A stretch of 64,000 bases of DNA, taken from NCBI GenBank assembly GCA_973895155.1, contig OZ316898.1, forward strand, positions 17,164,752 through 17,228,751. Direction: 5' to 3'. This DNA is from Marsupella aquatica (taxonomy: Eukaryota; Plantae; Marchantiophyta). The notes under the pieces were generated by a model. It saw only the letters and a program-made list of their open reading frames with translations. It was not told where the DNA came from and ran no database searches. A program made the position numbers and the translations under genes. Below are positions 1 through 12,407 of this stretch, piece by piece (the first letter of the stretch is position 1; each line of letters begins with the position of its first letter).

Positions 1-2407
1 GAGAAAAGAAACAATGGCGGAGGAGTGATAATTGAAGTTTGCAGCCAACGTTCACAATTCAGCATCCACCCATCAATCGAAGTATTCCACGGAACTCAAT
101 TGGGGTGTTGGTCCTCTCAACTCCTCCGAAGACGAAGAAGGAAAGGAAGGGTGTCGTCGAGGCTTCAGTTCAGCAACGGGAGTCTTCGGCTATCAGGAAA
201 GAGTAGAGAGACTAGTCAGATGTTTTTCATGAAGTCTGTATACCTCGCCTCGGGCGTGTGTGGGGTCTATTGTTCATAATTGATAAGTGCGCTCTCACTC
301 AAGTCATTAGATTAGACACTCACTAGCTGTAGATGCATACCTCTCTCACGGATAGGATTTTTTCAAAGCGATCGTTCGGTATCCCCGGTGTCCCCAGATT
401 TTTGTACCCTGTGCTGCTGCTGTCGATGATGATGATCATGCTGCCCCGCTACAGTGTGCTGTGCTCCTACTTAGCTGCTACCTAGCTTCTTCTTCGCTTC
501 TCTTTTTTTCCTACCACAAAGAAGTAGAGTCTAGTCCAGTCCGCCACATCTAGCAGTGTGTGGGGCTTGCGGGGGTTGGTTGGGTGGGCGGTAGGAATTC
601 GAGAATTCCTGTCACCACAAACATTTTTGTTTTGCCTGGAAAGTACACAGTTTTGCAGGCTCGAGCATGTGTAAAGTTTCTCCATAAATTTATCATTCTT
701 GAAAGCCCCACCAACGTCATGGTGGGTGCTTTATCAACTGCGCGTGTCTGTCCTTCCTTCCTTCCATCCCTTCCCCCTTCACGATTATATTAGCGTTTAT
801 ATGTATATGGGGTTTCTATCTATCATCGGTCTCCATTCCCCCTCGTCCCGCTGCTCCATTTCCGAAATGATTCTCGTTGGTGACTACGTCAGTGGCGGAA
901 CAGCACTTTTCTCTTAATTCTCTCTTTCGAGTCGGCATCCAGAAGTTGGGGCAGGCGCAGGACAGTGCGCGTATCAATCAGCTGCAATGTCTAGTAGAAT
1001 TCACGTCAACCGTCCGGACCCCCGTTTGCAGGTCGTTCGTGCTTCAAATTGGAATTCAGACTTGCGTATGATCGAGTATCGGCGTCTGTCGTGGCTGGCC
1101 AAAACTCGGTTTCCCTTCACGTCGATATGCCCATGCATCGCTTCTTAATCAAGTACCGCCCATACACGCAGCAGCATTGATTGTCGATAGATCAGACGTT
1201 GCTCTCCTCTTGTTCCCATCGTTCGTAGTTTGATGCAGCGGCGGCGCTCGCTCATGGCATACGCTTGCGGCCTCCGTCGTTGGACCGTCCGCAACTTCAT
1301 ATCCCGTAGTCCTTGTACCGGAGTCGCTTGTGCAGATTCCGACGCCCTCTCATTCGTATCTATGGGCGATGTAATCGATTCGTTGGCATTGGAAACCTGA
1401 TTATTAAAAAGGGTTGGTATTCCGTTCTTGCCTCGGTTGATCTGGCGTGGTCAGAGATCGTCACGTCATTTGTGTCTTTCGTGCCTTTGGTGTGGACTCC
1501 ATCCCCTACCGTTGCCACCCAGACTCGTCGAACGATCATTCGCTCAATTTCCGTCATGCTAAATTCTGATCATTATAGTCTGTGTTGTTCAGCGGACGCA
1601 TCGAGAACTGCACGATCTCAACTACTTACTGGACGACAAAGGTCCTCGAATGAAGAGCACTTCACTTCACATCAACTTTACTGGACAATGTTCCTCGAAT
1701 AAAGCACTTCTCCGCTACACATGAGGGAACCGCATCGATTGTCACCGGAGCAATGTAATCGCGACAAGACAGTAGTGTCCCTCGTATTTCACAACGCTCC
1801 TCGTGTATCGTGTCGTGTCCTCTCCAGATCTCGCCGTATGTTGTTTCCCGGATTGGAAACTCTCTGAAACTTTTCAAGCCAACCGAAGATCTTGTCGTGC
1901 AACCGAAACCGAATGGGATTCATTCATTCGCGGCAATGTTTCAAGGCAAGAATGATTTTGTCGTGCCACCGAACGCAAAATCAGCAGACTGCGGATCAGA
2001 ACGTAAAAATAGCATCCACTGTACCATCAAAGCGCTTTCCCTTATCCATCTCTGGTAAACAACAACGGCATCATTCTGGGGCCTGCCATCTGCCGTGCCG
2101 TCTACGTTCGTAGCGATTTGTCTCAAGCAGGTCATAATTGGCTTACATATGACAACGCGCCGCAGTGTCGCGCATCAAATCAGCTTTCAGTCCAGAACAT
2201 CCGCAGTAGATTGCAGGAAATCACAAAAGGGCGGCTCCGATTCCCATGGTCAAATCGATCTCTTTATCTCCCTTTTCTGGGCGCAACTCTGCTGTATGCT
2301 GTTTCAACGAAATCTTCACTGGCCAAACAGAAATCGAGCTCGATGAGGTGACAGGTCCAATTCAACATTGTCAAAAGGGGAGCTGCTACTTTTACAAAGA
2401 CAGTAGA

Positions 2408-2410
<3 letters not shown>

Positions 2411-2445
<35 letters not shown>
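2411..2445 (+). repeat. (CT)n microsatellite
   Basis: Direct reading of the sequence. Confidence 0.95.
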
Positions 2446-2448
<3 letters not shown>

Positions 2449-2599
2449 GTTTTGTACTCTGATGTTCCCAGAGAGGGATCGATACGTCCATATCTCTCCG
2501 TGAAACATCACATGAATTGGAGAGAAGGCAACGATTACAGGTCTACGGCATCGTCTCTCTCATTGTAGGGGAGACGGCAAGTGCATGTAGTGAATCAGC

Positions 2600-3625
2600 T
2601 GTACAAGTCTGAATCAGCTGTCCATTGACATCATCACCGTAGACGAAGGTACAAGATGATCGAGAACCGAGGTATTACAGTGGGACCTCCTGAAAGTGCA
2701 ACCTTGCTAAGCGAAATCCTGCAATAAGTGCAAAGAAATTTTGTGTTACCAAATTTGTTTGCTTACACGTCTGAATTAGCTTAGCTGTCCATTGACATCA
2801 TCACCATAGAGGAAAAAGTACAAGATGGGAACTGAGGCAAATAATACACTGGGACCTCTGAAAGTGCGACCTTGGTAAGCTAAATTTTGCAGTAAGTGCA
2901 ATCAATTTTGTGTCACAAAAATGTTTGTTTATAGTGAAAGGAAAAAAATGTTACCTGAAGAAGTGTAGCTTTCCCATACCTGATTAGTGTAAGGGCCCAA
3001 CCTTGATAGGTGAATCGTGCAATAAGTGCAAGATTGGTGTAACAAAAATGTTTGTTTACAATGAAATTAAAAATGTGTTATTACTAGGGCATTTCAAAGC
3101 ATGACCTTAACAAGATAAGACCTTCCCATAACTCCAGTATTATGGGAACTCCCGTACACGTTATGAGAACTGATCTTCAGCTATTGTAAGGAAGCTTGCA
3201 GGCTCAACACTTGACCCGTAACTTCCCCACAACTTTAGGCACAAATCCGGAAATCCAAAAATCCAGGATTCCGGAACTCCGGAAAGCCGCAACTGAAGGC
3301 ACATGGGCTTTGCGCTTGATGTGATGATGGCTGCTGCATTTGAGGTGACTGCTCATCACGAATAGAGGAAAAAAGATTATAGACTATGAGACAAATGAGG
3401 CCACAACTCCTGTCTTATGGGGCGGGTCAATGCTACCTCCCCCCATTTCTAAAATTCCATAATTGGATCCCATAACCCAAGTTATCACAAATCAGTGACT
3501 TTCACTAATGACCTAGCTTTGAAATGCCCTACTTAGAGCATAATTTTTGTGTACCTGATTAGAGCCTTGATCAGTGAAATCCTGCAATAAGTGCAAGAAT
3601 TTCTGTTTGTGAAACAAAAATGTTA
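2600..3625 (+). repeat. Degenerate local tandem array (about 165-bp unit plus partial copies)
   Basis: AGCTGTCCATTGACATCATCACC..GGGACCTC..GAAAGTGC.ACCTTG occurs twice. TGCA(A/G)TAAGTGCAA occurs four times (about 2720, 2888, 3018, 3583). Confidence 0.7.
3087..3529. mobile_element. MITE with 14-bp perfect TIRs and TA flanks
   Basis: TA|GGGCATTTCAAAGC ... GCTTTGAAATGCCC|TA. Non-coding, and it interrupts a local repeat array (2600-3625). Confidence 0.8.
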
Positions 3626-4964
3626 ACGTGTAAATCATAGCTTTCATGACCTAAAGACTATCAGGTTTGTGCATGCCCCTCTGAGAAAAGTTGAGTTTTT
3701 TGGTCTTGAATTACAGCACAATGCCTAAAGAAAATCCCCTACATTCGTTTTTAGAGCTGAAAACAATTGAATAAATTAGTGCTTACATCAAAATCCATAG
3801 AGCATTCTTAAAATATGTATCATACTTAGTTTTTCAGACAAAAATGCCTAAATTTTATCACTGGAGAGATTACCGATTCAAGACTATCAGAATGAATGCG
3901 TTGTCCCAACTGTATTGCGAAACAATCGTACATGAATAAGATAATGTTTTTTCAAATAAGACAGATTAATAAGTGCAAAGTGTAGTAAGTTTCTTTATTG
4001 CTTGGAAATTGCAGTTGCCAATTAGTGCAACCATTTGATTTGTTGGTGTATGTATTAGATTTGATACGGGGTTGCACTCTATTTCTAAGTGCAACTTTAT
4101 GGAAGGATTGCGCTTGTTAGGACCCTGATAAGTGCAACTCCATTGATAAGTTGCCAATACCTTCAATGGTGGGTAATTTATTGTACGTGTCGATAAGTTG
4201 CGATGTTCGTGCTTTATTTGGTTGTTACATTGCCTCAAAATCTTTACCAGCTAAGGAGACAAAGGAACAAATTAACTACTGTAAACTGAATAAATATAAA
4301 TAAATATATAAATATACAAATATACCCCCAAGGAACAAAAGTCACCTGTTTGGGAGACAATATCCCTCAAACCAACACCCTTGATCCTCTGCAGAGTCAC
4401 TCAGTGCAGAGTCACTCAAACGTAAAAACTTTTGTCCTTTTTCTCTATATGTCACATCCCCAAAGAACAAAAATCACTTACTTGCGAGACAAGATCCCTC
4501 AAACCAACACCCTTGGTCCTCTACAAATTCACTCATTGCAGAGTCCCTCAAACCTAAAGATTTTTGTGATTTTCTCTATGATTTTAGAGTGCATTAATTT
4601 TCAGTACAGCCTGCCTTCTTTTGAGGAGTGGATTATGCTACTAACTGTAGGAAATGTTAGACTCAAATATAGTTTTACCATATACAAAACAATAATAAAT
4701 TGCATCAAAGATCACAAGATTTGCTTTTAATTTATTTCATGTTTTTGGTCAATTGCATAGCAATCACTTGTTGCATGGTTCTTTAATTTTAATTTTAATT
4801 TTAAGAGATTCATGTTTTCTTGTCTGCTACCACAAAATCACTCAAGTTTTTAAGTACACTAATGTCCTGGTGAAGTGCATTATATCTCGTAATGCCCTCT
4901 AACCTACATTATCTTGCTCCAACAATCTTGGCCCTGCACAGAACAGTGAAGGTAGTCCTCTACA

Positions 4965-5640
4965 GGGATGTTTTTTTAGTGTCTCAAATTTGCTAGACTC
5001 CATCTCTCTAGAAAGGTTTTGCCACCTTTGGCAAAAATTAACTAAGCCTTCTGTCTTCCAATTAGTCAATTTCCCACTTAGTCACAGCTCCTATTAGTCA
5101 GAATCTAATGGTTATCCTTAAATCTAGGGAGACTTTACAGTTAGAACATAATTAAAAAAATTAGGGAGAAACTTGGCTACTGTGGACTTTTTGTCTTCCG
5201 CCAGATTTACCACCTAGCTCATTAGCCAGAATACAACCCTAGTCCTTAAATCTAGGGAGATTTAACTATGAGAACTAGATCTATCTAAGGAAAATTAGAG
5301 AAAGAAATTGAGTAGCATTTCTGTCATAATTCTGTCGTCCATTAGTCAGTTTCACACCTAAGCACAGACCCCATTAGCTAGAATCTAGCGGGTCATCCTT
5401 AAACCACCACTGGCCATATAAAAAAAGGAGTGTACAAAATTTATCCCCTTTTTCCATTCCTCTCCTCTATCGTGAGGTTTTGCTCCTCAATTTCAGGAAA
5501 AAATGGTGAAATGTGTGTAACCAAGTTTTTGTCATGGCTAGTGGTTCTTTAAATCATCTAGGGAGATATGATTGTCATAATTAATCTAGGAAAGTTAGAG
5601 AAGTAATCTTTGTTCACAGGAGTGGCGACAGGAAAAAACC
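4965..5640 (+). mobile_element. Dispersed non-autonomous repeat with about 130-150-bp internal subunits (copy A)
   Basis: Core ATTAGYCAGAATCTA...TCCTTAAATCTAGGGAGA is repeated 3-4 times. The same core recurs at 18845-19230, 31300-31525 and 41259-41580. Confidence 0.65.
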
Positions 5641-6190
5641 TTAAAATTTTACTAGTACTGTAGACATCACATTGTGCATAGATTGTGGGTTCGGTTTTGT
5701 CCATACTGTAGTCACTCATCCGCTGAAGTACTCAAAGTCAAAGCTGGGGCCCAGTGCTGAGCGCATAGAATTGCGGTAAGTCGCCGAGTTTTTCAGTGGG
5801 TTTGGATCGACTTGATTAGTCCCGAATTCGAAGGAAGCACAAAATCGTGCCCCCCCTCTGAATTCACGGTCTTACATGTGACTGGCCCCGAAATTCTTGG
5901 AATTCTGTCCGGAAAAAGTATCCCACAAAAGGTGCCTGATGGAACATACCGTAGCTCCAAAGCTGGAGCCCATCTCCAGTAGAATGCTCCTTCAGATCCG
6001 CAAACAGCTCAAGTAATAGAGAGCTGTGCAGTGTTTGAAGAAATTGATTGATAATTGTGTGGAGTGGTCTTTCCGGTCTCCGATTTGAGACTTGACGACC
6101 TCGCTTCTGGTGAAGAGGCTTTAAGGCGAGCTGGGGTCTTCTTCTGGCGGATTGATAAACGCGCATTGCAAGCAGGGGATAGTTTTCACA

Positions 6191-9100
6191 ATGAAGTTGG
6201 TGCGCAGTGATTTCGTGAAGGACGCCTCTGGTTCCGTTAAGGTGCGTGTGGTCGTGTTATTGAACTGTTGTGTTTGTGCACATCATCCTGAGATAGGGCG
6301 GAGGATTGATTCTCTTGATTTTTTGTGGGTGCTGGCTGAATTAATCTGGACTTTGCAAAAACGGTGGTTGGAGATGAGAGGAGAGAAATTTGGATTTAAG
6401 AAAGGTTTAGGGTTTCGGAGATGATGGGATGTTGTTGTCACTTTCCCAATTTCTTTCGTCAAACAATCATCATGCTTGCTCGTGCAGCTCGTTCCCGAAG
6501 AGGCAGAGGATTTATGGCATGTTTACAATTTGATTGCGGTCAACGACCGGATCTCTGCTGTGACAGTAAGGTCAGATTCCCGTTGAACTCGCCACAGTGT
6601 CCATCTGTCTGTGTAGGGCGTGGTGTGAGAACCCAAATCTTTGGTTTAAAATGTTGATCGGTCCTTTTGTCTCAACCGGGCAACCACAGTGAATGCGATC
6701 CTGGAAGTATTGGAGCTGCACTCTAAATTCGACATAAAATTTCTGACCTGGACATCATGGGCATCCTGTAGTTGACACTTCCACACCTTGATTTTCTGAG
6801 CTAAATCTTCTTAAGCTGCACCTTAAATGCCACATAACCATTTGAGATAGACGGTAAGGGCAGCTTGTTACTAGCAATACTTGATTTTCTGGACTGGATA
6901 TTCTCTCGACCATTGTTTTGATGCTTGTCTTGGCCGTCATATGACCTTTTACGAAGTATGGCTGTTCTTAAGAGAATTTTCTCTTAGCCCTGATTTTCTG
7001 ATTTACCTCATGACGATTGTTTTGTGGGGACAAGAAGCTGAAAAGGAAGGTCTGACGAATACTACCCATGTGGACAGGAAAGTGAATAGGGAGACATCAT
7101 CGGGTGGGAGTGAAGCAGAGCGCGTCCGTCTCAAACTTGAAGTTGCAGTTGAGGTATGCATGGAGAGATCTGGCCAATTCTGGTAGTTGTGTAAATGTTA
7201 CTCTCTCTCTGCCTTAGATTGCATGATCAGACAGAGAAATGGAACATGATTCGTTTTTAAGTGGCTTGGCGGTGATATAATATTTTCCTTGCTGAAGAAG
7301 AATAATTTTTCCGCAGGCCGTTGAATATGATAATGTGGCAGCTGTGCTGCGTGTGCGCGGAAAGAATCTGACCGAGAATGAATATGTTCGGGTAAGTTGA
7401 CAATTGCTATTTTGCATCGGTGGCAGAACGTGGGTTTGTGATAAGTATGGCTAGAAAGTGGGTAAAATAAGCTCTCTCAGCTTGCCTATATTCCAGATAC
7501 GTTCCTTGTTTTCTGGCATGAGACTGCTGGTGTGCATTTGAATTTCGATCGTTGTACTTGACATTCATCAAGGCTTGTAACTTTTGTATAAACAAAGATC
7601 TCTATACCATGTTGTCATCTCATATTCAGCATGCTTAAACATGTCTCTCTGAAAACCTGGCAGATGTAGTCACATGCTGTGTTTTCTTTCACTAGAACCT
7701 GTAAATTCTCATTGTGGTGATTGGCTAGAGACAAGGGCCTTTACTTCTAGTTAAACTCTTGTGGATTGATGCAGCTAGGAGCTTATCACACTCTTGAAAT
7801 CGATCAGCAGCGACCTTTTGTCCTAACCAAGGTGTGTAGTATCGAATTTGTTTTCGGTCTGCTTGCGAGAGATTTGGTAATAGCTTTGCTGTTGGTCGAC
7901 CTGTTCAGAATAATGCTCAGCTTGCAGCGTGGGGTTTTCTCGCAAAAGTGATTTCGATTTCTTAACCCTAAACTTCACCTACTGTACCTAGAGCACTTCA
8001 CAGAATTAATATTTGAAGATGTTGGATCAATGGGCTGTGATGTTTGAGGTCATAGTGCGCAATTTTTGCTTAGTATTATTCAGTCTCCATTTTGTTCAAA
8101 TAAGTGTATGAAGATTCTGTGGATGCACTTCATGTCTGCAGACCGTTTGGGACTCGATTGCAATAGACCTCCTAAAACAGGCTTGTGGTATACTCCCAAA
8201 CCTTGACAACTTTTCGATTGAAAAAAGCTATTCTGCAGACGTTCAATGATTGTTGCGCTTCACATAACAGGCCCCAGTTTCTATAGTAGGAGTGGTGAAG
8301 GCTGGAGTTGTGTTCCTACGTTCCATGATCTCTTTTCCTGCATCTTCTGCTCGTGAGATTGTTGCCTTTCACTATAAGCTGAGCAGGTAGCCATTGTATA
8401 TCTAGACAAAAGGTCGTCGGGTTTGCCTGCATGCTAAAGACTGGACGGTTGGGTGTGGTTGGACATTTCCAGATCCAGGGGCTAGTGCTGACGTTGCAGC
8501 AGTGATTTTACAAGAAGGTCTCGCTAACATTTGTCTGCTAGGTGGGAGGTAATGTCCTGAGCAACCATTCTAAGTGACGCTCTTAATCTTCGCGAGAACT
8601 TTACAGAATGGTTGGATATTTCTTGTTGTGATTGAGTTAGGTTGGTATAATTTTACTCCTGAAGGTGCTCATTTGGGTGACCTAGATACAAAAACGTCTT
8701 AATTTCAACACCGATTTTCTTATTGAGAGGACGATACCTGAAATCTGCCTTTCCTTTTGTGGTTTGTCGGACTTGTCATCCAGTGTCACAACAACCAAAG
8801 CTCGGATAGAAACATCAATTCCTCGCAAGAGAGGGGCAGCACTAGCAGGATATGACAAGGTGTGTGCAGATTCGAATCATGGAAAGCCTGCTTTGATCTG
8901 CTGTTCATATTTCCAGTATTTAACCCAGTGTACATTCATAAGGTTTTGTACCATTTGCTCGCTGATGGGTCTGGATGAGGTTTTATTCAATTACTCAGCT
9001 GATGTATTAAAGCCATCTTGTAGTTGAATCCTACCTTTGAGCAGCTGTTCTAATTTTTTCATCATGGGAATTTGGCAGGCACTGAACAAGTTTTTTGAGA

Positions 9101-11245
9101 ACGTGTTACAGGTGGGGCCATTGTACATTCTGTTTGGTACATGTTTGTATCACAAGGCCATGCAAATTGCTTCTGTGATGAATGAGTACTTTATTCATGA
9201 TGAATGAGTACTTTATTCATGATGAATGAGTACTCCATTTATGATGAATTTAAGAATTTTCTGAGAGATCACTACTGTGTGCAGGGTATTTTACGTCACG
9301 TGGACTTCAGCATAGTGAAATGTCTAATAGTCGCAAGCCCAGGCTTTACGAAGGTGTGGCCGCTACTCCTCTTGCTGATCTTGGTCAATGCTTGGGTTTC
9401 CGGCGCTATTTTTTTGTTTTTGTGTCGTCAACGAAGAATATTTCTGCCTTGTTGATCCCTTGACTTGGACATGACTGCCCAAAGAATGGCTGGACTGACT
9501 CCTTCTTTGACGTACTCACTTTGGGAGAGATCAGTTCATGTTGTTGCCTTCCGGTTTTCTGGGGTATGATTTTGCTATCTATAAATCTCGATTTTGGTTG
9601 TGACTCAGGATCAATTCTATAACTACATGATGCTTGAAGCTTCAAGACGAGAACTGCGGCAACTCATTGAAAATAAGAGCAAAATTGTGCTGGCACACTG
9701 TTCTTCTGGCTACAAGTATGTCTCGTATGAAGAGGTTTCAGCTTATCTTAATTTGTGAAGTTACACTGTAGTTTGTCTTAGAGAGAGAACCTGATGATTT
9801 TGTCTGTTTCAGACATTCTTTGAAGGAAGTGCTAGCTGAACCAGTTGTCATGGCACAGATCAAGGATACAAGGGCGGCCAAAGAGGTTATATACAGTAGC
9901 TTTCCCGGCCATGCCATGATGCCACTTAAGTGTTTCTAGCAATCCAATAACTACTCCTTGCTGTTAACTGTCGTGGGATAGGACAATTGGTCTGACTTCT
10001 TTTTCTGTTTGCTGTATTGGTGATTGAGGATGAAAAACGAGCTTTGATCCTTAACTATTCATCTTTGGCTGAATTCAGCATTTCATTGTCACTGGAGGGT
10101 CGTGACTGAAGGCTTTCGTCTGTGTTGTTGTAGGTTAAAGTAATGCAGGACTTCTACAACATGCTCACTAATGTAAGTCCTGATTTACCCTCTTGTCATC
10201 GGCTCAAGTGTGTTTCTTCGTGAGCTGTTGGAACCGACGAGATATGTGTATAACACTACAGTGCAAAGATGAAGTGTTAAATAAAACTCAGTAGCCATTA
10301 ACTTTAGCGGGATCAAGTTTCATAGACCATCATGGTTTTTTCTCAATGGATTGTTTAGTATTTGAATGGAAAGGTGTAACTGTTGAAGGAGCGAAAAGTT
10401 TACCGTTCTTAATTGACTTCTGTAAAGAATTTGTTGCTGCCATCTAAATTTGTGACAGGATCCTGCACGAGCATTTTATGGGCCTAAGCATGTGGAAGCA
10501 GCACATGATCGCCTTGCCATACAAACTCTTCTTATCACAGATGAGCTATTTAGGTCGGTAAAGTCTTCCCCCCTCTCAAGCAAGAAGTTCTTCTCAGAGC
10601 GTGAGTCAATGTCTAATGCTGATGTTATTTCAATTCTACTTTTCTCCCTTCTTATGTTACGTTTTCGTTTCTTCCGTGGTCTCCCTGTTTGCATAGTGAG
10701 GATTGTCATTGGGTTATGACATAATTGGTCTCTTTTCAGGAATGCCGACATTTCTACAAGGCGCAAATATGTTCATTTGGCTGAGTCAGTCAAGGACATG
10801 GGTGGCGATGTACATATCTTCTCTTCAATGCACCCATCTGGTGAACGTGAGTGCCATCATAACCCCAACGTTGATGAATGTGTGGAACTGGTGTGGTGTC
10901 ATTTGAAGGAATTCTGTTATATCTGCTTTTTGGGTTTTGTCATGAATCTGTCCAATCTCCATCTTTGTAGCTGCACATTTGCCTTTGTTTGCCAGGGTGT
11001 CATTCTTTTGCCATTCTATCAATGTTTATCATGAGAAACTACATAAGCAAGATATGTCTTTTTTGTGCACAACATAGGCGGCAGTTTGCCCGTCGATCTG
11101 TTGGTGTGCCTAAAAACAGTTAATCGTGGCTTCAAGGGTCCGTCCTGACTAAACGTTTCTACGATTTTCAGAGCTGGGTCAGTTGACGGGCATTGCTGCC
11201 ATACTACGGTTTCCATTGCCAGACCTGGAGGATATGGAATTATAG
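6191..11245 (+). CDS. PELO: Pelota/Dom34 ribosome-rescue factor (eRF1 family), 16 exons, 378 aa
   Basis: GT-AG exons 6191-6241, 6488-6570, 7078-7153, 7317-7391, 7775-7831, 8142-8187, 8473-8548, 8784-8859, 9079-9111, 9285-9353, 9609-9715, 9813-9885, 10134-10172, 10459-10553, 10740-10846 and 11172-11245 join to an open 1137-nt frame. Pelota motifs: [107 protein letters not shown]. Confidence 0.96.
6405..6414 (-). promoter_or_regulatory. Telo-box (AAACCCTAAA) in pelota intron 1, with a site II-like GGGGCCCA at about 5745
   Basis: Direct motif match. Telo-box plus site II is the usual combination in plant translation-machinery genes. Confidence 0.45.
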
Positions 11246-12407
11246 TTAACTTCATACTGTATCGACCTTATTTAGACTTCACTCATATGGTGACACTTTA
11301 ATCATCGCTTTGAAGTTGCCAACCTGATGTAGACCCTACAGTGCATCTGATGGAAAGTAGTAATGTTGAGGAAACTGTATATACTGGCCATGCGGGGCTA
11401 TGAGTTTAGAACCATATATCTTGGGTTTCCTAGATAGGGAATTGTGCAGTGAATCAGGATTAAGTTTAGTAGGACGACCGTACATGATATTAATGTAAAT
11501 AAAATTCGCGGGCAAACTTTCGTCTCACTCGAGGACTATCCATTATCGACGCTTCAAGCTATCTTCGTTTCTTAGGATGCAATGAGCACTTGAAACGAGT
11601 TCTGTTATTGATTGTAAACGAGTACTTAAAGCGTTGCCCATGGAGTTTAAATCAATTCGATGGCATGCAGAGCTATGAGGCGCTAGCTAATTTTGTGCAG
11701 CTTACTTGGAGATGCACTGTCAATTCTTAAGGAGTGAATTGAAATTATTCGTCAGAGCAGAGGGTTATTTATTTTTTAGATGCAGGTTCCTCTCTCCTGA
11801 TCTGCAATGCAGTGTATACCGGGGTGGCTATGTTCTACTATTTTACGTGTCGTCCCCGGAATGCAACCAGCAAATGGATCCAGAACTTGACACTGCAACC
11901 AGCTGGAAAGGAATAACAGACCCTCATTCTGTCGTGCAATTATCAACCCGATCCTTTGTCAATGTACGAAAGTTAAACTTTGCTGCAGGGTGCAGGGAAC
12001 AGGCATCGGAATCCGCATGCAGTTGCAATTCTTTAAGAGATCAATCGTTGGCAGAGAAGCTTACAAAGGAAAATGTTCCTCACCGAAACGCTAGCCATCG
12101 AATCTCCATCGGACTCCATCAAAAACATTAAACGAGCTGCTACCTTCTCCCATATGTAGAACCCAGTATTGACCAGCATATACCAGAAGCAGATCAATGA
12201 CCATGCATTGACAGCCTAGTTTCGGTATCGTCAATGCAGGTGTTTTATTGTGGTACCAATACTCGTAAAGACCAAAACAACAAAGCATCCCGACTCCTCT
12301 AAGGACTGGTTCCAACACCCCCTTTGTCAACACGATCAGATGTCACTAATAGACACCGACCCCATTTCCACAACGTTCGAGGAAGTGTGACATATCAGTC
12401 TAGGGAA

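Noticed and set aside
1-2500. Several short ORFs in a GC-balanced region
   Set aside because: No recognisable domain or consistent exon chain. It is probably UTR/intron of a gene outside the window or a lncRNA, and I saw no known miRNA sequence.
11706-12131. 141-aa ORF between the pelota and APTX 3' ends
   Set aside because: Starts at TTG, has no domain, and lies in convergent 3' UTR/terminator space.
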